Assembly (NCBI RefSeq): GCF_006345805.1
Contig: NC_043010.1
Coordinates: 51,956,001 to 52,020,000 of the forward strand
DNA from: Octopus sinensis
Taxonomy: Eukaryota
DNA: 64,000 bases
Reading direction: 5' to 3'
Of this stretch, positions 51,270 to 64,000 are shown piece after piece; position 1 is the first letter of the stretch, and each line of letters opens with the position of its first letter. The position numbers and the translations under genes are program-made. Under the pieces are notes generated by a model, which searched no databases, had not been told where the DNA came from, and saw nothing but the letters and a program-made list of their open reading frames with translations.

Positions 51270-54200
51270 TTTGCGTTTAAATGTACACTATTTTATATTG
51301 AGTATATATGGAGATAGATACAACTGTATCTACAAACATCTGGATTTACAAATTGGAGAGAGAAATAAGGTGATCATGCATGAAAAGCATTTATTCATTT
51401 AATTGAAATTAATGCTTCTCTCCATCACTACTCTGCAATTTCACTATTCCATGTTCTGTGGAAAAATGGGATCCTGGAAACACAGTATGAGAAAGAGAGA
51501 ACTCACAAAATACATCAAATAAGAGTATATGATTTATATGTGTGTGTATTAAAAATGCATAATGTCTTCAGTCAGTAGATGATTGATCACATAAAAATCA
51601 AAATGTCATCAGAATATCATAGTTTTTTTTTGTTTTGTTTTATATTGCACTGATTGGAAATTATGTTTGGGTTTACATAACTGTAACTAGCATAATTTAT
51701 ACAAATAAAAAATAACTTCAAAAATTAATTGAATTTTATTATTACACTTGTCATTATGGAAGCATCAAATTAATAGACCAAATCATAATAGTATTATCCT
51801 ATATACTAAGCAAAATGTTCTGTTATCCTTTCTGACCATTATGCTACTTGAGTTTCGGTATACTCTATCAGTTGGTGACCCCTTGATCTGATATAAATTT
51901 CTGTTGCATAATAGAATTTGGACCTATACACACACACAGATGATGTGTATTGAACTGAATATAGTAAATCTTTCCTGACAGACCAACAGTGGAATAAAAT
52001 ACAATGTTGAGGATTTGAACTTGGGTCATTAATCAGTGAAATTGTTGCTCATTGTGTTACCATCTGTGCTGCCATTACAGACCAGATGATATCACAATAA
52101 ATTGTATTAAGATATTTGTATTAATGATGATGTCAAATTTTGGCTTGGGGCCAGCGATTTCAGGGTAGAGGGTAAGTTGATCACATCGGCCCCAGTACTC
52201 AATTAGTACTTATTTTATTGACCCCAAAAGGTTGAAAGGCAAAGTCGACCTCAGCAGAATTTGAACTCGGAATGTAAAGATGGATAAGATGCCACTAAGC
52301 ATCTTGTCCAGCATGCCAACAATTCTGCCATCTTGCCGCCTTAAACCCTTTAGCTTTTAAACTAGGCATATCTAATATTCTACTTGTTTTACTTCGACCT
52401 GGCTATATCTGGCCTCTCATTTCGTTTCTATTCTAGGCACAAGGCCCAATATTTTTGGGGAAAGGGCCAGTTGATTAGATCGACCCCAGTATGCAACTGG
52501 GACTTAATTTGTCGACCCCGAAAGAATGAAAGACAAAGTCGACCTCAGCGGAATTTGAACTCAGAACGTAAAGAGAGACGAAATACAGCTAAGCATTTTG
52601 CCCGGTGTGCTAACGTTTCTGCCAGCTCACCGCCTTAATATCTGGCCTCTCATACCTACACTACAATGTTATTCTGAAAATAAACAATCCCATCATTGAA
52701 ATCTCAAAGCTACAAGATAATGGAAATCGATCAATGGAAATTGCAGATGTGTTACCAGTGCCGGTGGCATGTCGAAACTCTACTTGTGAAGACCCGCTGA
52801 GGCAAGTGAGGATCAGAATGGAAATCGATCAATGGAAATTGCAGATGTGTTACCAGTGCCGGTGGCATGTAAGAGAACCTTCCGTTTCGCGACCGTTGCC
52901 AGTACTGCCCCGTTTCGTGTCCGTTGCCAGCCTCACCTGGCCCTTGTGCCGGTGGCACATAAAAAGCAACATCCGTTCGTGGCTGTTTGCCAGCTCTGTC
53001 TGGCACCTGTGCGGGTGGCATGTAAAAAGCACCCACTACACTCATGGAGTGGTTGGCGTTAGGAAGGGCATCCAGCCGTAGAAACACTGCCAGATTTGAC
53101 TGGGCCTGATGAAGCCTTCTGGCTTCACAGACCCCAGTAGAACCGTCCAACCCATGCTAGCATGGAAAACGGACGCTAAACGACGATGATGATGATGATG
53201 AATTCAAAACAATGTAAATAAATAAGCATTACTTTTGATAGAATAATTTGAATGCTAAAGGATTAATAACAATAATAATAATAATGGCTTCAAATTTTGG
53301 CACAAAGTCAGTCATTTTAGACTGTGTAGGTTAGTTGCATAAATACATATTTTATGATTTATGTTCGAATATTTTCAAAACAACTAAGAATTAAAGTTAA
53401 CTCTAGTATTTAAACCAGCCCCAAATTTTCTACCTGTTTTATGTTCAAACAGGCCAAATCTGGCCTCGTACCTATACCTAATAATGTCATTCAAAACATA
53501 AGAAATCACATCATTGAATCCCAAAACTACAAAGATAATGCCTGATTAATTCAAATTAGTATGAATGAGTATTTATTACACTTGATAGTAATCTGAATGT
53601 TTAAAGGTTTAAGTTTCATGCTATTTTATTTGAGAGAATTAATAAAGTTCATTGATTAGTTATCATTAGAAGCACTCATGCAATATCTTGCAAGAAGCAA
53701 ATCATCATCATCATCGTTTAACGTCCAGTTTCCATGCTAGCATGGGTTGGACGATTTGATTAAGAGGCCTGGTGAACCAGATGGCTGCACCAGACTCCAA
53801 TCTGATCTAGCAGAGTTTCTACAGCTGGATGCCCTTCCTAACGCCAACCACTCCAAGAGTGTAGTGGGTGCTTTTACATGCCACCGGCACGAGGGCCAGT
53901 CAGGCAGTACTGGCAACAGCCATGCTCAAATGATGCTTTTTATGTGCCACCTGTACAGGAGCCAGTCCAGCGGCACTGGCAACGACCTCGCTCGAATGCT
54001 TTTTCATGTGCCGCCAGCACAAGTGCTAGTAAGGCGACGCAGGTAATGATCATGCTCAAATGGTGTTTTTAATGTGCCACTGGCATGGAGGCCAGCTTGT
54101 TCCTCTGGCAATGATCTCACTCGTATGGTATTCTTAGCACTGGCAGAAACGTTAGCACGCCAGGCGAAATGCTTAGCAGTATTTCGTCTGCCGTTACGTT

Positions 54201-55081
54201 CTGAGTTCAAATTCCACCGAGGTCGACTTTGCCTTTCATCCTTTCGGGGTCGATAAATTAAGGACCAGTTACGCACTGGGGTCGATGTAATCGACTTAAT
54301 CCGTTTGTTTGTCCTTGTTTGTCCCCTCTGTGTTTAGCCCCTTGTGGGCAGTAAAGAAATAGGTATTCTTAGCGCTCCACTAGTACGGATACCAGTCATC
54401 GAATATGATTTTGATTTCACTTGCTTCAACAGGTCTTCGCAAGCAGAGCAGTTCTGTAAATCTTTCCTCAGCACGGCATAGTAAGTGAGCTTGCTGGTAG
54501 CTTATCTAATCAGGAAAAGAGTTAGACGTGTTGCATAGGTTTGTACCAGGGTGGTAATCCACCAATGTGTTCTTATTTATGAGACTACATCAGGACAAGC
54601 TCACTAAGGGCAAACCACTAAAGGTGATATTGGGTGAATCCTAGAATGTTTCTGACTGGTCCCCAAAAACAGACAGCACAAGAGCAACCATCTGATACTA
54701 TGTCAAATTAAGTTGTATGAAAATTGTTGCCTGGTCCTATAGGAGGGTGCTGTGGTGTTCATGAAAGCCATGAGCATAAGTACAGGTGTTGGTAGTAATG
54801 TTCAGAGCAAATATTTGAATGAGATCTTCGAAGTGGAGAAAAAACAACAGCTGATCTTGTATCAAAAGAAATTTTAATTAATATTACTCTTTGTTTCAGT
54901 CATGTGACTGTGGCCATGCTGGAGCACCGCTTTTAGTCGAACAAATCGACCCCAGGACTTATTCTTTGTAAGCCTAGTACCAATTCTATCGGTCTCTTTT
55001 GCCGAACTGCTAAGTTACTGGGACATAAACACACCACCATTGGTTGTCAAGCGATGTTGGAGGGACAAACACAGACGCACA

Positions 55082-55135
<54 letters not shown>

Positions 55136-56484
55136 TACGACGGGCTTCTTTCAGTTTCTGTCTACCAAACCCACTCACAAGGCTTTGGTTGGCCCAAGGC
55201 TATAGTAGAAGAATATTACTTGTTTCAGTCATGTGACTGAGGCCATACTGGAGCACTGCTTTTAGTCGAACAAATCGACCCCAGGACTTATTCTTTGTAA
55301 GCCTAGTACCAATTCTATCGGTCTCTTTTGCCGAACTGCTAAGTTACTGGGTCATAAACACACCACCATCGGTTGTCAAGCAATGTTGGAGGGACAAACA
55401 CAGACACACAAACATCATCATCATCATCGTTTAACGTCTGTTTTCCATGCTAGCATGGGTTGGACGGTTCGACCGGGGTCTGGGAAGCCAGGAGGCTGCA
55501 CCAGGCTCCAGTCTGATCTGGCAGTGTTTCAACAGCTGGATGCCCTTCCTAACGCCAACCACTCCGTGAGTGTAGTGGGTGCTTTTTACGTACCAGGGGA
55601 GTCTAGCAACGGCCATGATCGGTTGGTGCTTTTTACGTGCCTTATACACATATATACGACGGGCTTCTTTCAGTTTCCATCTACCAAATCCACTCACAAG
55701 GCTTTGGTTGGCCTGAGGCTATAGTAGAAGATACTTGCCCAAGGTGCCACACAGTGGGACTGAACCCGGAACCACGTGGTTCGTAAACAAGCTACTTACC
55801 ACACACCCACTCCTACACCAGTTTATGTATGTGAGCATATTTTTTTTTATGTAAGGCCTCACAATCATTAACGATCTCTCCTGACAATCTCACATTCACT
55901 AACAGCATCCAAAAATACTGGCGTTCACAATCAGAGATGGAAAGCATCCTAGGGAAGGCAATCAATACAGTAATGCTCCCAGCAGGACAGCATCCAATAA
56001 GGGAGACAATACAGTAACACCCAAATTTGTATCCATTAACCCGCTCTCCCTCCAACTGACTGGAATAATTCTTTCACTAGCACTCTCTTATTTCTTTATT
56101 GTCCACAAGGGGCTAAACATAGAGGGGACAAACAAAGGGGTTAAGTCGATTACATTGACCCCAGTGCGTAACTGGTACTTAATTTATCGACCCCGAAAGG
56201 ATGAAAGGCAAAGTCAATCTCAGTGGAATTTGAACTCAGAAAGTAACGGCAGACGAAATACCTATTTCTTTACTACCCACAAGGGGCTAAACACAGAGAG
56301 GACAAACAGATTAAGTCGATCATATTGACCCCAGTGCGTAACTGGTACTTATTTAATCAATCCCGAAAGGATGAAAGGCAAAGTCGACCTCGGTGGAATT
56401 TGAACTCAAAACGTTAAGGCAGACAAAATATGGCTACGCATTTCACCCGGCGTACTAACGTTTCTGTCAGCTCGCCGCCTTAAT

Positions 56485-57312
56485 ATATATTGAACCCATC
56501 TCCCTTCAGGTCTTGTTCAGCAGATTTCTTCTGGAGCGACAGAGATGACTTGCCCCGATATTGATATTTTATTCATCATTTCCACAGGGATGAAACCACC
56601 ACTGGGTCTAGTTTTAGTGTAGTGTGTAGAGACTAGCATGCTAGTCTCTGCTTTACAGACAGAACTTCTCACTACCTTTTCTATCAATACTATATCAGCT
56701 TCTGCTCCTAAAAGATAGATGAGCTTGTTGATATTCATCCCAGCTATCTGCACTTTGAGGCTAAATCCTACAGTGGTCAACTTTACTTTTTTATTCCTTA
56801 AGCCCTTCACTCCCTATGGAATATGAGCCATTGATAACTGCTCTCAACTCTGGATTGCCTTATCTGCATCTCTCCCACTGGATTCCTACTTTTCCTTTCA
56901 GATTTTGCAGCACCATGTCATGTTTCCTTGAGGGAATGCCTTCCTCTCCCAGGTCTTGGTTTTGAATTGACAATGATGCTTCTGTAAATTAATGTTTTTC
57001 CAGATAGGGATGTTAGCCCAACAAAAACCCTTTTTTTACCACTGGGAAGAAGTGGTCTACATTAGTCTGGCTTCTATCCTTTAACCTGTCCAGCATGGGA
57101 GGCCTTACCAAGACCTTGTGCTCCACTGACATAACTCTCAGGGTCATTGAGACATATAGGCCACCACACTACACTAAAGACTAGACCCAGTGGTGGTTTC
57201 ATCCCTGTGGGAATGATAAATAAAATATCAATATCAGGGGCCAAATCATCTTCTCTGTCCCTCCAGAAGAAGTCTGCTGAACCAGACCTGAAGGGAGATG
57301 GGTTCAACATAT
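56485..57312. repeat. Inverted repeat, about 140-bp arms, enclosing retroelement-like sequence
   Basis: atat.ttgaacccatctcccttcaggtc ... gacctgaagggagatgggttcaacatat. Confidence 0.85.
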
Positions 57313-58741
57313 ATCACAACAGTGTTTTTATGACTCCTAAAGGAGTTGAGAGATTAACAAACTAAGAAAATATTCAGTGATCCCTCTACATAGGCCCAAT
57401 GGACTTTCTCCTCTCTCTCTTTTCTTTATTCATACTGTCTAGGGCAATGGATGAGCAGAATTGTTAGAATGCTGGAAAAAATATCTTGCAATATTTAGTA
57501 TTGGTACTTTCCGTTCTGATTTCAGATCCTACAGAAGTTTTCTCTTTCAGGATCAATAAATTAAAGTACTAGTCAATCAAATACAGAGGTCAATATTATC
57601 AAAAAAAAAATTCTTTCTTCAGAATTGCTGGTCTTGAGCCTAAACTAGGAAACATTATTTATGTTATGGATTAGGTAAATATATATATATTGAGGGCATT
57701 ACTATACATAAATGCCACATGCTAGGAGGGACTCTTAAAGTCAAAACTACCAAAATAAATAAACACATCATACCGAATGCAACTCTCAAAGCAAGTCTCT
57801 TAAAAACAGAATTCCCTTGCATTCGGTACGATGTGTTAATTTATTTTGGTAGTTTTGACTCCTAGTGTGTGGCATTTATGTATAGTAATGCCCTCAATAT
57901 AAATTTAAGAGAAAAATTGATGGATTTTTCCCTTATGAGGTTTTCACACTAACTACTTGATAAATTCTTATAAAGATTTAATCCTATTTTTAAATTATAT
58001 ATATATTCTCCAATATCTATACACAAAATATATATATATTCTCCAATATCTATACACAAAATTTTCTAACATAATGACTTAAATATATTCTTTAACCTTA
58101 TAACACAAGCCTTCTGTAGTTTTTTCACTCTTTTATTTTTTATACATCCAACCACGTGCTTTCACACACCAACTCTCTCACCTATATATATATATATTAT
58201 ACTTTAGGTAGGGTAAAATCCAAGCTGTGTCCTCTTGAAGCACATCTGCTTATTCCAGTATTACAATCCAGTATGTAGTTGTATTGATGTGACACCCATA
58301 TTACAGTTGAAAATTCTGGAAATATTGTTAGTAGGGTTATTATATAACAAAACAGGAAATTGTTTTGTTTTATTTATTCACCATTACACATGTTTCATTT
58401 GCTAATAGAAATCACAAAGTTGTACGTGTTGGAAAAATATACAATAATAAGAAATTTCTTACATGTTTATCCAACATGTACAACTCAGTGATTCCAAATA
58501 GCAAATGAAATATGTGTAACGGTGAATAATACCAAAGAAATGTTCCAACTTCCTCTTTCGTTTTATCTATATTATATTAAAACTCAAAAGTTTGTCTGTT
58601 TTCCTGCCATTTGATTAAGATGATAAAGATTATAAATAAAAGTCATTTCCCCACTTTAAGAAAAAAAAAAGTCAAGTTGAAAATGTTGATACCTCAAAGG
58701 GTCGTTGTAGCTATCACTGTCCTTTTTCTTCCCTTAATCAT

Positions 58742-58960
58742 TTAACCCTTTAGTGTTCACATTATTCTGCCAAAATTAATCCTTTTTTATCCATATTGTT
58801 TTGAACTAATCATGCATTATCTTGTAATTATGAGATTTTGATGAGGTAGTTGTTAATTTTTAAAATGATGTTGTAGGGTTGGTGTGAGAGACCAGATCTG
58901 GCCATGCTGAACATAAAACAGGCAGAATACTTTTGGCTGGTTTAAATGCTAAAGGGTTAA
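58742..58960. mobile_element. piggyBac-type MITE (second family; relatives near 2730-2915, 5600-5725, 20080-20750, 44190-44400, 53400-53590)
   Basis: TTAA-CCCTTTAG ... CTAAAGGG-TTAA termini; shared internal gagaccagatctggcc...aacataaaacagg. Confidence 0.8.
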
Positions 58961-59119
58961 ACAACTTTCAGACTGCCATGAACTGAAAGATAAAAATTCT
59001 CCCTCCATTTTTATGAAATAGTTTTTTTTTTCCTTCAAGGGGGGAAGATTACTATTTCATTTAAAATAAAATATTAATCTTTACCAACTTAATCAAAAGG
59101 CAGAAGAACAGACTATCTC

Positions 59120-59712
59120 GGATCTTTACCTTTTGACCTACAAATTTAAAAAATAATTTTTTGTAAACTAAACAATTTCAAACTTTGGACACTGGTAGAA
59201 TGTGTCATATAAAACATCTTTTACTCTTAGCATTTTTGAGAAAAACTTATTTACAAAGTTATTTCACGTTAAAGTAGTCATATTTCAGTAATTTCAGCTG
59301 AATAAAATTACTGCTGTTGTTTGTCACTGTTATTTATGACAACCCTAACCCTAACCCTAAAACCTTAAAGCTAAAACCAGTATAAACGCATGAATGATGT
59401 CATAAATAACAGTGACAAACGAAAAATACATCGCCGATAGTTGTTGTTGACAAACAATGGCAGTAATTTTATTCAGCTGAATATACATCATTGATTGGTT
59501 GAAATTACCAAAATACTACAACGTTAACGTGTCATTGATTAGTTGAATTTACCGACAAACGAGTACGTTAACGTGAAATAACTTTGTAAATATAAGTTTT
59601 TCTCAAAAATGCTAAGAGTAAAAGATGTTTTATATGACACATTCTACCACTATACGAAGTTTGAAAGCGTTTAGTTACAAAAAATTATTTTTTAAATCTG
59701 TAGGTCTAAAGA
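59120..59712. mobile_element. Long-TIR foldback element with internal (CCCTAA)3
   Basis: About 220-bp inverted arms starting GGATCTTTACCTTTTGACC; partial relative at about 4550-4655. Confidence 0.75.
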
Positions 59713-59754
59713 CAGAAGAACAGACCATCTCTTTATAGACAAAGATCAGTTCCA

Positions 59755-60395
59755 ATGGGAGGAGTTGAATCTCATAATGGAAAAACAAACAACAATAAAT
59801 GGGTTGCACCTTATAATGAAACTCTTTTAAGAGCATTCAAATGCCACTGCAACATTGAAATCATTGCTTCAGTGAGGTCACTTAAGTACATCATCAAGTA
59901 CACACCTGAAAGGAAACGACCAAGCTGCTGTTCCAATGAACAATGATAACGAAATTAGTCAATATCTAATGGGTAGGTATATTGGACCATCTGAAGCAGT
60001 TGCAGTGATTTTAGGATTTTGAATGCATTAAAGAGCCCCTGCAATAGTGAAACTGCAAGTTCATCTACCAGATGAACAAAGAATATTGCTCAGAAATAAT
60101 GAGGATATATGTGGCTGTCAATGAATGACATATGAGAACAATATTGACAGAATTCAGTTTAAGAGATGAGAAATTATTTACATTAATTATGTTTGAAGAT
60201 GACGTTTTATTGGATGGCTTGTCACTGGAAAGAGGATTGTAGGAAAAAGTTCAGAAAGGAGGCAAACGAGGGAAATAGTTCAAAGAAAGCTCGTGAGTCA
60301 TCCGAAAAATTATGTATGTATGTATGTATGTATGTATATTATTTATATTATTATATGATCGAACGCCACGCATCCTTTTCCAAGTAAGTTTTTTA

Positions 60396-60472
<77 letters not shown>

Positions 60473-61205
60473 TATTTACATTCAACGGTTCAACGGATAT
60501 TGTCCTCATCTTGTTTTTTGTTAACACAACGTTTCAGCTGATATACCCTCCAGCCTTCTTCGGGTGTCTTGGGGAAATTTCGAACCTGGACTCTCATTCC
60601 TAAGGTACTTTTTGATGTTGTTATTATTATTATTATTATTGTTATTACTGTTTAAGGTCACTGCTTGGAATCGAACTTAGAATCTAGGGGTTAGTAGCCC
60701 GCGCTCTTAATCACTATGCCATATGCCCACGAGCATTTGCATAGTGGTTAAGAGCATGGGCTACTAACCCCAAGATTCCGAGTTCAATTCCAAGCAGTGA
60801 CCTTAAACAGTAACAATAATAATAATAATAATAATAATAACATCAATAAATACCTTAGGAATGAGAGTCCAGGTTCGAAATTTCCCCAAGACACCTGAAG
60901 AAGGCTGGAGGGTATATCAGCTGAAACGTTGTGTTAACAACAAACAAGATGAGCACAACATCCAAACGTAAATAATGTAATTGACAGAATTCTTTTCATT
61001 GTGCATCAATGATGACTTTGCAAAAATATTACTTTATGCTGAAGTACCCACTTGAAACAGTAGTAACAAAGAATGGTAAAGAAGAAAGAAGAAATAAAGT
61101 TGAAGGCCATTTGAACGTTTTTCAAAGAAGAAACATTTGGTCATGTTTATGTTGTCACACCAAAGGCAGGAGAACTGTATCATTTAAGAATTTTATTGCA
61201 TGAAG
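59755..61205 (+). pseudogene. Helitron Rep/helicase remnant, interrupted by insertions
   Basis: NKWVAPYNETLL..F.CH.NIE...S.KYIIKY; NEISQYLMGRYIGPSEA; IVKLQVHLPDEQ (59755-60090) and FAKILLYAEVP...FGHVYVV.PKAGELYHLRILLHEV (about 60990-61205), with stops and frameshifts. Confidence 0.85.
60470..60976. repeat. About 500-bp near-perfect palindrome of two back-to-back tRNA-headed units
   Basis: Symmetry centre 60729/60730; arms about 234 bp each. Confidence 0.92.
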
Positions 61206-61468
61206 TTCAAAATAGTTTTTCATTTCCCACTGTGCATCAACATTTTCAACTTCAAGTGGTTGTGATCCAATGGGCCATGGCAGGTACATCTAGTAAATAT
61301 ATATTTATATACATATACACACATACATGTATATATGTATGAGTGTGTGTTTGTGTTTTCTTGTTTTGACATCACATAATTGTTGTAAATGAATATAAGT
61401 CATTTCCAACAAGCTACAAAAACATTTCTAGCCATGGGGGAATTATTACCTTGCTTGATAACAGGTGT

Positions 61469-61720
61469 GGAGGCACGTGGCTTAGTGGTTTGGGTGTCAG
61501 CACCATGATCGTAAGATTGTGGTTTCGATTCCTGGACCGGGCGACGCGTTGTGTTCTTGAGCAAAACACTTCATTTCATGTTGCTCCAGTCCACTCAGCT
61601 GGCAAAAATGAGTAACGCTGCGATGGATTGGCGTCCCATCCAGCTGGGGAACACTTACGCCATAGAAACCGGGAAACCAGGCCAATGAGCCTGGCTAGGT
61701 TTTAAAAGGGCGCATTTATT
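61469..61720 (+). mobile_element. tRNA-derived SINE family C (also about 41045-41282 -)
   Basis: GGAGGCACGTGGCTTAGTGG (A box) ... GTTTCGATTCC (B box); two similar copies. Confidence 0.8.
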
Positions 61721-62966
61721 ATTGGTAACAGGTGAGAGTTGGTATCAGGAAGGGCATCGAGCTGTAGAAAATCTGCCTCCATCAACTCCATCCGACCCAC
61801 ACAAGTATGGAAAACCATGATGATGATCATCATCATCATTTAACTTTCGTTTTTAATGCTGGCATGGGTTGGACGGTTTGACTAGAGCTGCACCAGGCCC
61901 CATTGTCTGTTTTGGCTTAATTTCTATAGCTAGATGCCCTTCCTAACATCAACCACTTATCAGAGTGTACTGAGTACTTTTTACATGGTACCACCACCAC
62001 CAATGATTTTTATGTGGCACCATCACCAGTGCTTATTACATGGCACCAGCACTAGTATTAATTCTGCTGTGGTAGACAGGTCTTCTTATGTACAGCAAGG
62101 GCCAGGTAGATCAGCCCTTTATCTCCTTCATAAGAACCAGTATCTTGAGATTAGCCTTCAGTACGTTGTCCTATGTCTTCCTGGTTCTCCCTCTTGTTAA
62201 AAATGGTTGATGATAACGATCTTATCTCTCTTTACACTTCTGGGACAGACACTAGCACTTAGTCTCAATCCTTACTGGAAACATTTTCCCAGTACCTCGT
62301 GAGTGGAATCAGCAGACAAAACTGTTCAGAGCCTGTTGCACATATGGAGTGATGGTTGTGGTATGTGTGTGTGTGTGTGTGTAAATGCTTACATTCCATG
62401 CTTTTGTACGAAACCATTAAGTAAAAAGAATGGTGACATGTTGATATTTCCTGATCACAAATTGCCCTATAACTCTGAACTTTTGAAAGTTAATGGAACA
62501 AAAAGAAAAGAATCCCTTATTTGAAAGACGGGTTGGCAACAGGAAGGGCATCCAGCAGTAAAACAATACATTAATAATAAGCACTTATCTAACTCATACC
62601 GGTATAGAAAAACAGATGTGAAACAAACTGCCAGTTGCATGTAAAAAGCACCCAGCATACTCAGTAAAGTGGTTGGCATTAGGAAGGGCATCAAGTTGTA
62701 TAAAACATACCAAAACAGACAATTGGAGTCTGGACAGCTTCCCAGCAGGCCTGTTAAACCGTCCAACCCATGCCAACATGGAAAACAGAGATGCTAAATG
62801 ATAATGGTGATGATGATGTCCCACCCATGCCAGCATGGAAAGTGGACATTAAACGATGATGATATATATATACATAAATTTAAATAGAGATTAAAATAGC
62901 TTCGTTTAAGGGATTAAAATATCCAATGAATTACTGGTTCATTGCCTATTGTTTTTTTGTGAATAG

Positions 62967-63009
<43 letters not shown>

Positions 63010-64000
63010 TATATATATATGACAATTACATTGTGGAAGATAAATATTAGCAGAAACTTTGACACCAAATAATAAACATTTAAGTGAAATTAACTACCTT
63101 TGTATGTTTTTGAATGGCTAATATGTGTTTCCAATATTGTAACTGTTTCAGTTTTAACATGCACTCGGATCTAATTACTTGTCAGACAAGTATATCTTTG
63201 CAATATATAGGTCCCATGTGGCAGACTAGAAAATAGCTAAGAATCCTTGGCATGAAACCAATAGTAGCCTTGTTAACCCGCAAATAAAGTGTATGCATAT
63301 GTGTATGTACACACACACACACACACACACGTATGTGTACATGCACACGTGTGTGTACATACTCACATACACGTGTGTGTGTGTGAGTATGTGGATCCTA
63401 TGTATGTGTGTTTTTGTGAGTGTATATTAGTCTGATAAAAAAATGATTGAATGGTCATGGCTGGAATGCCTTGCATCATAGGTCTGCTCAAACAAGGTTG
63501 GCCTTGGGTTAAACTACAACAACAAAAAATTTTGAAGACAACAAATACAAAATTAAGGATATTATCGTTATTATTATTATCAGCGGAGAAGTAGATGGCA
63601 GATTCAATAGAATACTGGATAAAATTTTCTGAGGTATTTAGATAATGTTCGTTAGTGGTTTGAGTTCAAGCCCCCGGATTACTCTACATCTTCTGAGGTT
63701 GATAATATATGTATGAGAGTCAAGTACTACAGTCATTTAAACCGACAACATCCCCTCCACAAAAATTTGTAGTTTTCTTGTATTTGTGAAAAAAAAAAAA
63801 TCATGAGTATTGGCAGAATTATTAGTGTCAGACAAAATACATTTGCAGTGTTAAATAACAATCTTTTTTGTTCTGAGTTCGAATCCCACTGAGGTCGAAT
63901 TTGCTTATCATTCTAATAAAATAAGAGTTAAATACTTGGTTGACTGTACCATCCCGGAAAATTTGCTGGGTTTGTGCCTATGTAAAATACCTATTTCTTT

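Noticed and set aside
59341-59360. Interstitial telomere
   Set aside because: Only three units, internal to a dispersed TIR element
60735-60805. tRNA-Ser(ACT) gene
   Set aside because: No acceptor stem or long variable arm; it is the tRNA-derived head of a repeat

Overview
AT-rich, very repeat-dense animal genomic DNA. The SINE/MITE families look like octopus (cephalopod); this is inferred from repeat recognition, not from a search. Two spliced genes were reconstructed exon by exon, arranged head-to-head. (1) NUP155, minus strand: 17 coding exons, 23172->749, about 641 codons, frame continuous across all junctions; the gene runs off the left edge. Its intron after coding exon 2 has U12 (minor spliceosome) signals. 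(2) PRELID1 (PRELI/Ups1-like lipid transfer protein), plus strand: 3 coding exons, 39163->45917, 217 aa, complete. Both first coding exons are preceded by splice acceptors, so both genes have upstream non-coding exons, probably in the 26.6-31.3 kb interval. The rest is mostly tRNA-derived SINEs, piggyBac/pogo/mariner MITEs, and decayed RTE, CR1, HERO-like, Gypsy and Helitron fragments, plus many long, nearly loop-less palindromes. I see no clear new protein-coding system. The most unusual object is a ~500-bp palindrome at 60470-60976: two back-to-back tRNA-like Pol III heads, each reading outward into a hammerhead-ribozyme-like core. Ribozyme activity is unproven and stem I does not form convincingly. 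Almost all ORFs in the supplied track are repeat or intron artefacts.
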